A model generated the notes under the pieces. It was not told where the DNA came from, made no database searches, and worked only from the letters and a program-made list of their open reading frames with translations. Shown here one piece after another: positions 16,515 to 26,203 of a stretch of DNA of 28,708 nucleotides. This stretch comes from a virus (taxonomy: Duplodnaviria; Caudoviricetes). The translations under genes and the position numbers were made by a program. Within the stretch, counting starts at the first letter, position 1; each line of letters opens with the position of its first letter. The stretch spans positions 1 through 28,708 of the IMG/VR virus record IMGVR_UViG_3300044676_000741. One strand, given 5' to 3'.

Positions 16515-18313
16515 CAGTCTATCTCATAAAGTTCTTTTTTAAATTCATCTATTGAACCCAAAACCCTTTGGATGCGAGCAAGTTGGGCTTTATCGGCACC
16601 TGAATTTTCCAAAGCTACTACAATATCGTTATAGTTTGTGTCTTGAGTAAAGATAATGTTTGTATTGAGTAATGTGCCATTTTGCCCATAACTTCTATTC
16701 AAGTTATCAATAAATTGATCAATTTGTTTTCTGTAAGGGCTATTAAGAACCTCTGGTAACATTTTATTTACAGCGTCAAGTCTAGTTGGGGCCTCACCTA
16801 CTGCGCCACCAGCTTCCCACTCTGACACCATCTTTATATGTTTCTCGGTTAATTGATCACTTAATTTAAAGTATGCCGCCGCTTGTGCGTCTGTAATCTG
16901 AGTGTTAGGCACAATCCTCGCCATATTCTTAATAACCTTATCAACCTTTGCCTCAGCCCTGCGTGTCTCTTCATTAACAGTAGTCATCATTGGAATAACA
17001 TACTGAACATCAACCCCAATTTCTGTAGCCCTATCAAGTAATTGTTCGTGATTGGTTATAATGCCCTTAAATATTTCTTGTTTAAGAATAAACTCATTTG
17101 TGTAATTTCTAGGCGGCGTAATCTCATAAGTCTTTCTGCGGTTTTCCATTAAGGTATTATACTGTGATGAGCCAAAAAGTATGCCAGCCTCACCGTCAGA
17201 TTTTATATAAATTCTGTTTAATTCTGCAAATATTTCAGTTTCTTCTGTTGAGCCGGGCTTTGCCTTTATTAGCGAACCAGCAAGATCGGCGGCTTCCGAC
17301 AACATTAGCTGTTTGTTTTCCTCTTTAGCCGCATCCATTTCGGTTCTTTGATTTGTTAGCTCTGTTCTTATTGCATTAATAATTTCAAGTTGTTCAATTT
17401 CACTAAAGGTATTGAACAGTGATTGCTTATTACCAAATTGTCTTTGCTTTAAAACTAACGCTCTTTCCGCATCCGACTTGCCTGAGAACTCTATACCGTG
17501 TGCAATCAAGACATCCTTTCTTGCTTTTATCCTTGCGTTATCTACAGCCTTTACAGCGCTTTTTATATATGCACCGTCATTTGTATTAACAGCGGTACTA
17601 TAAAGGCTTTTAGTTAAAACGTCAGCGGCTGTATCAGCATCAGTATAAATCTTGCCGTTTATCTCTATTGTTTCACCAGCAGACATATCATAAATTTGCC
17701 GAAACAAACTTTCTGCTTCTGCTATGCTCTTGTCTGATGCGGCAATTTTTATAGCCTGAACTTTGTCCAAGTGCGTTTTCAAAGCTGTTTTATATGTGGC
17801 TGATGCTAGCGTATTTACTGTCGCCGCATATGTTTGCGCCTCTTCTACATCTAACTGAGCAATCAACCCGGCGTGACCATCAATCACACCCATTATGCCT
17901 GCTTCTATCTCAGCTATGTTATAGTCGCCGCCACCTTCAATAATGGCATTATATTCGGCTAATTGCGCTCTAGCCGCGCCTTCTAAATCTACTCTAAGCT
18001 GACTGGCTATAGCCGCTTTAGATGCCTTGCCAAATACTGTGCCGGGATCTTCTACAATATCGTCTAGGCTTAATTCACCGCGCAATGCCATATTTATTTG
18101 ATCAGGTGTTAAGGCGTTTTTGTAGCCATACTGCAAACCCTCTTGCTCTGCTTGCGCCACAGCTTTCTCAAAAGCAAACTCTGAGATCTTATCTAAAGCA
18201 TTGCCAATGGTATCGTATATTTGAGCTTGCGCCCTACCAGTCTGAACAAAATCAACAGATGGCATACCTGATATGCGAGCGCCTAGCGGTCTGTAACGTG
18301 GTAACTCTGCCAT
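16514..18313 (-). CDS. Internal virion protein, 599 aa
   Basis: MAELPRY N-terminus, all-helical composition, and synteny between the small internal protein and the larger ejection proteins. Confidence 0.7.
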   Translation of the reverse strand: MAELPRYRPLGARISGMPSVDFVQTGRAQAQIYDTIGNALDKISEFAFEKAVAQAEQEGLQYGYKNALTPDQINMALRGELSLDDIVEDPGTVFGKASKAAIASQLRVDLEGAARAQLAEYNAIIEGGGDYNIAEIEAGIMGVIDGHAGLIAQLDVEEAQTYAATVNTLASATYKTALKTHLDKVQAIKIAASDKSIAEAESLFRQIYDMSAGETIEINGKIYTDADTAADVLTKSLYSTAVNTNDGAYIKSAVKAVDNARIKARKDVLIAHGIEFSGKSDAERALVLKQRQFGNKQSLFNTFSEIEQLEIINAIRTELTNQRTEMDAAKEENKQLMLSEAADLAGSLIKAKPGSTEETEIFAELNRIYIKSDGEAGILFGSSQYNTLMENRRKTYEITPPRNYTNEFILKQEIFKGIITNHEQLLDRATEIGVDVQYVIPMMTTVNEETRRAEAKVDKVIKNMARIVPNTQITDAQAAAYFKLSDQLTEKHIKMVSEWEAGGAVGEAPTRLDAVNKMLPEVLNSPYRKQIDQFIDNLNRSYGQNGTLLNTNIIFTQDTNYNDIVVALENSGADKAQLARIQRVLGSIDEFKKELYEID

Positions 18314-18876
18314 TATCGTAGTCCTGCCGCTCTAAATAATCTTGGATCAACTTGCCCAGCGCCATATCCCATAACTGGCTCAAGCGGCGCACCACCAATC
18401 AAACCAAACTGATAAGCTGTTGTAGCGCCCTGGGCTATAGCGCCGATCATGCCAGCCCTCATAACACCTCTAGCCTGTTGCATATATTGCTGTGCCTGCA
18501 TCTCACCGCCACGCTCTGCAATAACTTGATTGTCCATAATAGTGTATGTCTCTTGCGCTCCACGACTTAATGCGTATTGAGCCAAGGCTCTTGCACTACC
18601 ACTGTTGGGGTCAATACCGCCAGCGCCAGCTCTTGCATTAATAGCCGCCTGTGTTTGTAGTATGTTGTCTAATATAGACAGCCCCTGTTGTTTATATTTC
18701 AGGCTTTCGGTTTTAGCCTGCAATCTGGCCATAGTCGCTTGCGCCGCAAGCCCTCTGGCTTGCGAGCGAGCGGCCATCATTTGTGACATTGAGCTGGCGG
18801 CTGATGCCACCATCCCTATGCCTTGAGCCGCTGTCATACCGCCTGCCGCAGATCCTAATGCCGCCATAAATCCCAT
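18313..18876 (-). CDS. Small internal virion protein (T7 gp14-like position)
   Basis: Ala/Gly/Gln/Met-rich, ARAGAGGIDPNSGS motif, directly after tail tubular B. Confidence 0.75.
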   Translation of the reverse strand: MGFMAALGSAAGGMTAAQGIGMVASAASSMSQMMAARSQARGLAAQATMARLQAKTESLKYKQQGLSILDNILQTQAAINARAGAGGIDPNSGSARALAQYALSRGAQETYTIMDNQVIAERGGEMQAQQYMQQARGVMRAGMIGAIAQGATTAYQFGLIGGAPLEPVMGYGAGQVDPRLFRAAGLR

Positions 18877-18877
18877 T

Positions 18878-21085
18878 TTACTGTCCTGCGCTCACTTTAT
18901 AATCTATGCCCAAGAGTGTCATCTTGAGCGGTACGGTTTGGCCAATCGTAATTTGACCATCATAATTATAACCTAAAATGCCGTGAAGTGTCTTTATTCC
19001 TGTAAACTCAGCCACATCATCATCAAGAACCTCAGAACCAAACCGCCGGAATGGTACCTCTTTGCCGTTGATCGTTAATGCCTGTGTCTCAAACAATTCC
19101 GCATTCACCTCAAATATTCTCTTCTTAAAGCCCTTCAGAGGGCCGCTGGGTAGCCTTGGCTCTACTGGCAGTGTCTTTACCTCTGGCGTGAAGTTAAGAC
19201 CGACCTGATAGCTCTCAGACGCCGCCGTAGCAAACGTAATCGTAAACGGCGTTGCAGGGACAGTTTGATCCGGCTCCACAATCCCATCACGAATGATCTT
19301 AACTGTTTCAGCTTCGAGGTGATCCATTGTGACAGACGCCGCCGCGCCACCTGTTTTGGCGCAGTCAAGCAATACTGTGCTATCAAATAGTTCGACATAA
19401 TAAACCGTGCTACCATTGACCGTGCGTTTGACCACCACATAGATATCATCAATATCAACCCCGACATTTATAAACTCTCCATCGGTTGTCCATTCGCTAG
19501 GCGCGATGACATTCTGTGATCTTAATAGTGTATAACACGCAATCGACCCATCGTCACCATTTACTACCAAAAGGCGGTCACCCTCATCAGTACCAGTGGA
19601 TTTACGCACCGCCATTTCTTCTGGCGATTTCAATAGGTGTGATGACAGCAACGAGATCTTGGCTGATGTGTAGGCGTTCTGCGTGTCGGTAAACAGAAAC
19701 TCTTGCAACGCTTTTCCCTGACGTTGGACAAAGATAGTGGCGCCATCCACGTTCTGCAACCTGATGCCCGGCTTAATGCCAAACCCGGTCTGTTGTTTAA
19801 CGATAAGATTGCTAGGCGTAATCGGTTCATCCAGAGTTTGAGGCACATAAAACTCACCGCCTGTCGTAAAGACTTGCAGATGGCGGCCAGAGAAAATATC
19901 AACAATGGCGTTAAATGTGCCAGTGTCTAGCGTGGCCTCAACGCCGTCATCATCCAGAGCTTCGCCCGGATTAAAGTTAAAGAAATCCGACACCCGGCTA
20001 CCAAATAATGTTGATGGCCTACTGCTAGTGCCGCCAAAGTATAGGCGGCCTTCGTGGAAAGTCACAGATCTTGGATAGCCCCTTGAGGATGACCACACAT
20101 CTTCATAACCGTGTTCTGTCTCAAACTTGCCAGTCGTTATGGCGCTGGTGTCAAAGAATGGAATTTCTACATACGCCTTGACCTCAGTGTCGCTGACGTA
20201 TTCTGTCACCCTAGCGCGGCCAAATCCTGACAAGACATTGAAATATTCATCCACCATTGCCGTGCCAAATGCTTTGACCGAATATTGGCTAGTGCCATCC
20301 GGCGCTGTATCCCAAGCTGGGAACACAGTCAGTACCTTAGTCGCCGCCACATAATCCTCAACGTGGCGAGATTGACCAGCACCAGTGCCAGCGGTGATTT
20401 CGATAAACATACCATTCGGCTGATCGTCAGACGTATAGCTTGATGCCGCCTTTAGCGTAATTGTGTCGCTGGTGCCACCCTGAGCCGTGCCGGTATCTGT
20501 CGTCACGCTGGATGCGGTGATAGTAATATTGCCGCTGGTCGCTGATGGCGTGATGGTATATTGCGGCTCATGCGTGTCTAGGTCATACGCATACTTAGGA
20601 ACGTGGGTAAATGTAATTGTGCTGGCCGTCCACGATGCGTCAGTTGCGCCACGCACAATCTTGAGTGGTGCCAGACTTTCGTGAACAACGATTACGGTAT
20701 CGGCACTCTGCACCCAATTCATTTCCGGCAAGATGGCGCTAGTCAATGCGGCCACAGTCAAATAATCATTGCCTGACCCATTGATGTTAGTGATGAGCGC
20801 ACCATCCTTAAACACATACATCTTGCCGGGTGTGAACACCAGCATATAGCTATCTGTCACACTAAACTCAAATGATACCATTCTGACAGCCGTGCCAGCT
20901 CCGCTATCTAGCTCGGAAACAAACTTAGTGCCGTCCCGGCGCTTGGCGCCGCCTTGCGGCTGGATGCTGACGTTGCGAGCTGTCGTTAAGCCAGATCCAT
21001 ACTGCGTGATGTCAGTACGAGCGCGAAGCCTCGGATCTAGCTCGCCTGCGGTAAAATCATTTTGGATCTGGATGATGCGGCTCAT
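18878..21085 (-). CDS. Tail tubular protein B / nozzle
   Basis: QNDFTAGELDPRLRARTD, PQGGAKRRDGT, QSAD, GYPRSVTFHEGRLYFGG and FVQRQGKALQE motifs. Confidence 0.9.
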   Translation of the reverse strand: MSRIIQIQNDFTAGELDPRLRARTDITQYGSGLTTARNVSIQPQGGAKRRDGTKFVSELDSGAGTAVRMVSFEFSVTDSYMLVFTPGKMYVFKDGALITNINGSGNDYLTVAALTSAILPEMNWVQSADTVIVVHESLAPLKIVRGATDASWTASTITFTHVPKYAYDLDTHEPQYTITPSATSGNITITASSVTTDTGTAQGGTSDTITLKAASSYTSDDQPNGMFIEITAGTGAGQSRHVEDYVAATKVLTVFPAWDTAPDGTSQYSVKAFGTAMVDEYFNVLSGFGRARVTEYVSDTEVKAYVEIPFFDTSAITTGKFETEHGYEDVWSSSRGYPRSVTFHEGRLYFGGTSSRPSTLFGSRVSDFFNFNPGEALDDDGVEATLDTGTFNAIVDIFSGRHLQVFTTGGEFYVPQTLDEPITPSNLIVKQQTGFGIKPGIRLQNVDGATIFVQRQGKALQEFLFTDTQNAYTSAKISLLSSHLLKSPEEMAVRKSTGTDEGDRLLVVNGDDGSIACYTLLRSQNVIAPSEWTTDGEFINVGVDIDDIYVVVKRTVNGSTVYYVELFDSTVLLDCAKTGGAAASVTMDHLEAETVKIIRDGIVEPDQTVPATPFTITFATAASESYQVGLNFTPEVKTLPVEPRLPSGPLKGFKKRIFEVNAELFETQALTINGKEVPFRRFGSEVLDDDVAEFTGIKTLHGILGYNYDGQITIGQTVPLKMTLLGIDYKVSAGQ

Positions 21086-21086
21086 A

Positions 21087-21701
21087 TTAGAACCTTATGT
21101 CAGATATCGGAAATTCCTGTATGCTTTGGGCTGGCTTGTCGATGCCATCAATATTAATAGCAACGCGAACCAAACCGCCACGCATATTATCAGATGGGGC
21201 GCCATAGGCTTTCTGGTGATAGTAGTCAGCTTTGGTGAGCTGGTCTGTAATCGGTTCAGCAAACTCAGCGGCCAATGCTGTTTTCAATAACCGCACAAAA
21301 TACGGTGGGAAATCGGTAGGCTCTGGCCGATATTGATAATCAATATAGACAGTCTCTAAGTTCGTATATAAACCACCAGCATAGATCTCATAATCACGCA
21401 CCGGGCGTTCAGCTACTGCGCTGGTGGGGAATACTGCCTTTGGCAAGCCAAGGCGATCACCCGGCAACTGGTACTTATATTTCCATTCGTTGATCGGGGT
21501 GTCTAGCAACTGGGCAAGCTGTACTTTCTTTAATGTCCAACTGTATGGGTACTGCATCAGAAGAGTGTCGCGCACATCGTCATAAAGACGGTCTGCAACC
21601 TGAGCCTCATCTGTGCCATCAGAAAAACTTGAAAGAGGTGATGCGCCAAGCATAATTAGCGCATCGGAGCAGATTGATAGTTTTGTGTCGCCAGAGGCCA
21701 T
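21087..21701 (-). CDS. Tail tubular protein A / adaptor
   Basis: ICSDALIMLGA, LLMQYPYSW, WKYKYQLPGD and FPPYFVRLL...LAAEFAEPIT motifs; synteny. Confidence 0.88.
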   Translation of the reverse strand: MASGDTKLSICSDALIMLGASPLSSFSDGTDEAQVADRLYDDVRDTLLMQYPYSWTLKKVQLAQLLDTPINEWKYKYQLPGDRLGLPKAVFPTSAVAERPVRDYEIYAGGLYTNLETVYIDYQYRPEPTDFPPYFVRLLKTALAAEFAEPITDQLTKADYYHQKAYGAPSDNMRGGLVRVAINIDGIDKPAQSIQEFPISDIRF

Positions 21702-21715
21702 AGTCTACTCCTAGT

Positions 21716-21742
21716 GAAGGAAGGGGCGACCGAAGCCGCCCC
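21716..21742 (-). terminator. Stem-loop terminator after the capsid genes
   Basis: Minus strand GGGGCGGC-TTCG-GTCGCCCC followed by TTCCTTC (cUUCGg tetraloop, weak U tract). Confidence 0.75.
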
Positions 21743-21750
21743 GACCAATA

Positions 21751-22023
21751 TTAGTCAGTGTCAGTCATTGCGATGGCGGTGCCATCGGTAACATCAACAA
21801 CGCCAGAGGCGTTTGATGCAACCATAACGATTGACATCGTTGGGGTCGCGCTGTCGTGAACGAAGATGATATCGCCAACTGACAGAGTGTCTGCCAAGTC
21901 GTTGAAATATCCTGCGGTGTTCACGGTTGCGATAGCGTCAGCAGATGTATAGGTGTACATCGAAGGCGCATTGCCTTTCTTTGCGGCACCAATAACATTC
22001 CAACCTGAAGATGCGAAAGCCAT
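21751..22023 (-). CDS. Probable capsid decoration / minor capsid protein, 90 aa
   Basis: Start revised to 22023 (MAFASSG) with a strong AGAGGAG RBS. Lies between the MCP and the terminator, so it is likely co-expressed at high level. Confidence 0.65.
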   Translation of the reverse strand: MAFASSGWNVIGAAKKGNAPSMYTYTSADAIATVNTAGYFNDLADTLSVGDIIFVHDSATPTMSIVMVASNASGVVDVTDGTAIAMTDTD

Positions 22024-22039
22024 AATATAGTCTCCTCTC

Positions 22040-22873
22040 TTACTCGGTTGCGCTGATCTTGACAATGCCTTCATCGTCAATGGCCACTGCACCAGCAGAG
22101 AACATTGAAGACACGAGGAAGGATGTCTTTTCAGCTACATAGTTAATTTCTGAACGCTGGTTCATGCCAATGCCCATCCCTACTGCATCGCGGTGGAATG
22201 CGAAGCAAGTGCGAGTGGATGGTAATGGCAAGCCACCTTCGTCACGATCACCAAGAGTAACAAAGCGGAAACCGAGGAAAGTGTCGATTTCGCCCTGCAC
22301 CAATGCCTTAACGCTGGCGAAATCAGAGCTGGTCAGCTCAGTTTCGTCAAGCAGTGAAGACAGGCCATTGGCGTGGATCAACATAACGCGGCCTTCGGAA
22401 GGTACGTTTTTGGTGTCCAGTGCTTTCTTAGCGGCCAACAGCTTGGCGAGGTTCATATTAGTGCCTGCGCCGCCAACTGATGTTGCAACTGTTGATGGTG
22501 AGGAAGCCGCGTTCAGTGCGTCAATGACGAGCTGATCCATACGTCTGCCTATGGCACTACCAACGACGGTGACTAATTCGCGTCTCTCGTCGAAATTGAC
22601 CTTCTGTTGATTAAAAATATCTGAATATTCAGCGGCGATGTAATCTGACATCGTAGCTGTAACCTGTGAATAGGTTACGTTCAGAGGGGTGACGTCTGTC
22701 TGCGGTACGCGGACAGTTGCGGTGCCTTTCCCGATCTTCGGGAATTTTACCTGATTGCCTTCGACATTTGAACGCTCACGAACAAGTCCAGCAAGGGCGC
22801 GGTTTGCTTGGTACGCCTGCTTGACTTCCGCATCGAACATTTGAACGAAAGCATTGGAAATGCCTACTGCCAT
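22040..22873 (-). CDS. Major capsid protein
   Basis: ISNAFVQMFDAEVKQAYQ, VKFPKIG, AIGRRMDQLVIDAL, TSSDF..VKALVQGEIDTFLGFRF and GAVAID motifs; follows the scaffold. Confidence 0.9.
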   Translation of the reverse strand: MAVGISNAFVQMFDAEVKQAYQANRALAGLVRERSNVEGNQVKFPKIGKGTATVRVPQTDVTPLNVTYSQVTATMSDYIAAEYSDIFNQQKVNFDERRELVTVVGSAIGRRMDQLVIDALNAASSPSTVATSVGGAGTNMNLAKLLAAKKALDTKNVPSEGRVMLIHANGLSSLLDETELTSSDFASVKALVQGEIDTFLGFRFVTLGDRDEGGLPLPSTRTCFAFHRDAVGMGIGMNQRSEINYVAEKTSFLVSSMFSAGAVAIDDEGIVKISATE

Positions 22874-23004
22874 TTCTCTATCCTTTCATAAAAAGTTTAA
22901 TACAAGATCGCGTCAGGTATCCGGTGCCGGGCTGTCACTTGGGCATAAACGCTACGCCCCCAAACGTGTGCGACAGGTCGAAGCTCGATTGTCTGTCAAG
23001 TGAA

Positions 23005-23033
23005 AATATAATGGAAAAACTGGGGCGTGTAAA
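23005..23033 (-). promoter_or_regulatory. Candidate sigma70-type promoter for the capsid gene
   Basis: TTTACA (23033-23028), 17-nt spacer, TATATT (23010-23005). Confidence 0.55.
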
Positions 23034-23043
23034 CACCCCAGTT
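23015..23043 (-). terminator. Intrinsic terminator-like hairpin after the scaffold gene
   Basis: AACTGGGGTGT-TTAC-ACGCCCCAGTT ending in a T5 run, 3 nt after the scaffold stop. Confidence 0.7.
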
Positions 23044-23046
23044 AAT

Positions 23047-23814
23047 TTACATAGCTTGATAGTCCTGAGTGCCGTAAACTTGCTCAAACATCTTTTCCAC
23101 CTTTGCCCGGTAGATCGGATCATTGAGATACTCAGGTTTCGCCACCATTGCGGTTAGCTCATCCTTCGATGGCGCACCTTCTGGCTGTGCCACATCAATC
23201 GGAATAGAGCGGTCACCGTAGTAGCTTCTGATCTTCTGAAGAGCGCGAATACCCTGAGCGGTGCCGCCCATAATCTTAAACTCTTCAAAATCATCCTGAC
23301 CCCACACGCCTTTGCGTACTAGGGATTGACCCCACTCGGTCATAGATTTAATGACGGCATCAGCATTATTGCCCAGTTTCTTATATTCTTCCTGATAAGA
23401 AACCTCAGCCATATCCGCTTCAGACCCAGCCATCTCAACAAACTTGCTGGCCAGCTCTTCAAACGCCGCCTGACTAACGCCATTCTGTTTTGCCCAATCC
23501 TTATAGGTATTGAATAGCTCATCATCTTCTGGGATGTTGGCATCAGCAAATGCGCTAACGTCATACTCTTCTGGTGCCTTGTGTTTGCCTTGGCTGAATT
23601 TCTTTTGCAATTCAGCGTAGCCTTTGGCGAGATCTTCGCCTGTCTTGAATTTTTCCGGCAACCATTCTGGCCGCTCGGCTTCGGTGGTTTGTTCAGCCGC
23701 TTGTGCTTCTGCATCTGGCTGAATATGGGAAATGCCTGCCTCTGCCTGCTGGTTGTCTTCGCCTTCTGTTTCCAGAGTAGCGGAGGCCATCAAGCCTTCG
23801 GTTTCATCACTCAT
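23047..23814 (-). CDS. Capsid assembly scaffolding protein
   Basis: Acidic N-terminus, ERPEWLPEKF...LAKGYAELQKK, APEEY, C-terminal PEYLNDPIYRAKVE; located between portal and MCP. Confidence 0.82.
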   Translation of the reverse strand: MSDETEGLMASATLETEGEDNQQAEAGISHIQPDAEAQAAEQTTEAERPEWLPEKFKTGEDLAKGYAELQKKFSQGKHKAPEEYDVSAFADANIPEDDELFNTYKDWAKQNGVSQAAFEELASKFVEMAGSEADMAEVSYQEEYKKLGNNADAVIKSMTEWGQSLVRKGVWGQDDFEEFKIMGGTAQGIRALQKIRSYYGDRSIPIDVAQPEGAPSKDELTAMVAKPEYLNDPIYRAKVEKMFEQVYGTQDYQAM

Positions 23815-24080
23815 AAGTGTCTTGCCCTTTTCATTCTGCGCTCGATCTCTCGAACAATACTGTTTTGACCCTCTCTAGCCCAACCGTGCGAGGCGTCCTC
23901 GCCAGGGTACCAAGTGGGTTGCTCAATCGTTTGCGATCTCAAATGTTCCAATAATTCTTGGCCATCTTCTGACCCAAACACGCGAAGATACAAACGATCA
24001 ACATCATCCTTCATATCTTCCACGTTCTTACGCAACTCAGGCTCAACCGTCCTGAGTGCTTCCCAACCTTCAACGTCCAT
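23811..24080 (-). CDS. Bbp19-like small protein
   Basis: YLRVFGSEDGQELLEHL...REGQNSIVREI pattern, directly after the portal. Confidence 0.7.
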   Translation of the reverse strand: MDVEGWEALRTVEPELRKNVEDMKDDVDRLYLRVFGSEDGQELLEHLRSQTIEQPTWYPGEDASHGWAREGQNSIVREIERRMKRARHL

Positions 24081-25652
24081 TTAGATAGCTCCCTCTGGTG
24101 GCATCTCACCGCCCTCTGGTGGCAACATTCCCTGTTGCTGTGCGGCGGCTTGAGCCATTTGCGCCGCCATCTCAGCGGCTTGTTGCCGCTCTTGCGGCGT
24201 AGTGCGAAGATCGGCAGGAATGCCCATCTTGTCTGCGATGTAATCTGGGATGGCTGATGTGCGAACCGCCATCTGCCCATCCGGCCCAAGGCTGGATGAG
24301 ATCTGCGCCCACTGCATAATCTTCTCAATGTCGCCATAATTCTGGGCTTGGGCAATCGGGCTGACCGGGGTCACCTTTACCTCTAGGCCATTCACCTTTA
24401 GCGGCATTTCAATCAATCCGCGCTCATCCATCACATACAGGATGCGCGAGATCAATGGGATCATTGTCTCATTGATCAATCTTCCAAAAGCAGACCCAAG
24501 GTTCTGGGCTAGCTCAGATATCTTATGGGACACCTCTGTGGCTGACCGGGCTGACATATTGTCGGGCGGCAGGGTGTCATCCATCATAATCTTTTTAATG
24601 TTCATACGCAGATCATTAATGACGATCTGGCTAACATTAAAATCACCAGTGCGCGGCAATGCTCTGAGACTTTCGCCTTGTGGGCCGCCATTACGAGCCA
24701 CAGGAATAATTGCGCCGGGTCTAATGCTTACCGCTTGTGGGTTCAGCACACCATCGTCTGCCGCTGTATATACCCCGGCGATGCTAATGCTGGCATTTTT
24801 CAGCAACAGCTCTAGCGTTTTGTTTAGCGTTTTAACGTCAGGAATAGCAGTCACCAACGGCCCACGGCCATACACTTCTCCTGCCACCTTCATATATCGC
24901 GCTACAATCCAAGGGCTAGATTTCATCTTACGTTCTAGCATTGTCTCTTTGCCTTCCGGCCAGATTACATAATAGCAATACTCAGCCTCATCCGCTTCAT
25001 AGATGGTGGCTTCTAGCAATTCAATCTCATTGGTTGGGTGTTCATCAATGATGCGCTGAAGGCGCTCTGGGATCTCGATGTCAGGCCAATGCTGGACAAT
25101 CGCCTCAGCTTTCAATCTCATCCGGCGATAGATGTTATCAACCTTGCCGTGTGCGCCTTCCTCAAATGCTACGAGATATTGCGGCACAGCGGTAAAGCGA
25201 ATTGGCGTCAACTCATCACCTGGCTGAACCAGCATCACGGCAGTGCCAACCGCCAGATCCAACAGAAACTCACCCATCGCCAAATCAAAGTTTGTCTGAC
25301 GCAGTAACGAAAACATTTTGTCTGCGTAGATATCCAAGGCGGCTTGCGCCTCTAAGCGCCGAGCCGCCGGGATATCGGAGCCGGGTTCTAAGCGACACCA
25401 GTTAGAATACGGTGGAAACAAGCCAGACTGAATGCGATTAGCAAAGCGCTGGGTGCTGTTAATTGCGGTACTGTCAAACACGCGAGCCATTTTGTTCTGC
25501 CCCGGTGAACCGCCACCTTCATAATAACCGTCATATAGATTGCGCTGTGGCAAAGCAAACTCATAGCAATCTTCATAGATCTGACGCCAGTTGTCTTTCC
25601 GGCGTTGTGCCATTTCGTATCGTTTCAAAATGCTTTCTGGTGAATAGCTCAT
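24081..25652 (-). CDS. Portal (head-tail connector) protein
   Basis: WRQIYEDCYEFALP, FDSTA, GLFPP, TNF, GEVYGRGP, RSATEV, LGSAFGRL and VSPIAQAQ motifs. Confidence 0.93.
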   Translation of the reverse strand: MSYSPESILKRYEMAQRRKDNWRQIYEDCYEFALPQRNLYDGYYEGGGSPGQNKMARVFDSTAINSTQRFANRIQSGLFPPYSNWCRLEPGSDIPAARRLEAQAALDIYADKMFSLLRQTNFDLAMGEFLLDLAVGTAVMLVQPGDELTPIRFTAVPQYLVAFEEGAHGKVDNIYRRMRLKAEAIVQHWPDIEIPERLQRIIDEHPTNEIELLEATIYEADEAEYCYYVIWPEGKETMLERKMKSSPWIVARYMKVAGEVYGRGPLVTAIPDVKTLNKTLELLLKNASISIAGVYTAADDGVLNPQAVSIRPGAIIPVARNGGPQGESLRALPRTGDFNVSQIVINDLRMNIKKIMMDDTLPPDNMSARSATEVSHKISELAQNLGSAFGRLINETMIPLISRILYVMDERGLIEMPLKVNGLEVKVTPVSPIAQAQNYGDIEKIMQWAQISSSLGPDGQMAVRTSAIPDYIADKMGIPADLRTTPQERQQAAEMAAQMAQAAAQQQGMLPPEGGEMPPEGAI

Positions 25653-25921
25653 GTTTTCCTATGCCTCTGTGCAAAGTTTCTGGCGGCCTCTTTAGAGCCA
25701 AAGCCCCAAGCTCTCAACGCTAGGGCAAGTCTGGTTGGCCTACCTTTGCTGTCTTTCATGTCGCCCTTCATGCCAGCAAATCTAGCGGCGAAAGACACCC
25801 GGCGCGGATTGGTGCCGGACTTTACTGGTGCCTTTAGATTGCCGCCTTCCTTGCGCTCAAAGTGTCTGCGGCCTGCTTCGTTTAGACCGCCGGATGGGTT
25901 TTGATGCCTTTTTAGCGTCAT
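25649..25921 (-). CDS. Small basic phage protein (resembles DUF6321)
   Basis: NPSGGLNEAGR...NLKAPV...RRVSFAARF...PTRLALALRAW. Family name recalled, not searched. Confidence 0.7.
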   Translation of the reverse strand: MTLKRHQNPSGGLNEAGRRHFERKEGGNLKAPVKSGTNPRRVSFAARFAGMKGDMKDSKGRPTRLALALRAWGFGSKEAARNFAQRHRKT

Positions 25922-26070
25922 GACCTAGCGGCTCTCATATTGTCAATAAGATTAGGATATGGGCGACCAGCTTTCTTGGCGGTTCTCATAGCGGCTCGCT
26001 TTTTTGCTGGTGACAGCTCTTTCGGCTTGCCTAGATCCTTTGGTCGCTTTTTATCCCAAACCTGTTTCAT
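25918..26070 (-). CDS. Small basic protein, 50 aa
   Basis: Not in the ORF track. MKQVWDKKRPKDLGKPKELSPAKKRAAMRTAKKAGRPYPNLIDNMRAARS; ATGA overlaps on both ends. Confidence 0.75.
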   Translation of the reverse strand: MKQVWDKKRPKDLGKPKELSPAKKRAAMRTAKKAGRPYPNLIDNMRAARS

Positions 26071-26198
26071 TTCTTTTTAACCATCCCAGCTTTGGACATT
26101 GCAATGGCGATGGCTTGCTTTTGTGGCTTGCCTTCGCTCATCAGCGTCCTAATGTTTCGACTGACTTTCTTTTTCGATTTGCCAGCATAAAGAGGCAT
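26067..26198 (-). CDS. Small basic protein, 43 aa
   Basis: Not in the ORF track. MPLYAGKSKKKVSRNIRTLMSEGKPQKQAIAIAMSKAGMVKKK; stop overlaps the next ATG. Confidence 0.75.
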   Translation of the reverse strand: MPLYAGKSKKKVSRNIRTLMSEGKPQKQAIAIAMSKAGMVKKK

Positions 26199-26203
26199 AA
26201 TGA

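Noticed and set aside
22024-22092. Programmed frameshift fusing the MCP to the downstream 90-aa gene (T7 10B-like)
   Set aside because: The overlap is in the +1 frame, no slippery heptamer is visible, and the downstream gene has its own strong AGAGGAG RBS.
22968-22999. Perfect TTGACA -35 box on the minus strand (22999-22994)
   Set aside because: No -10 element at 16-18 nt spacing; better explained as part of the leader stem.
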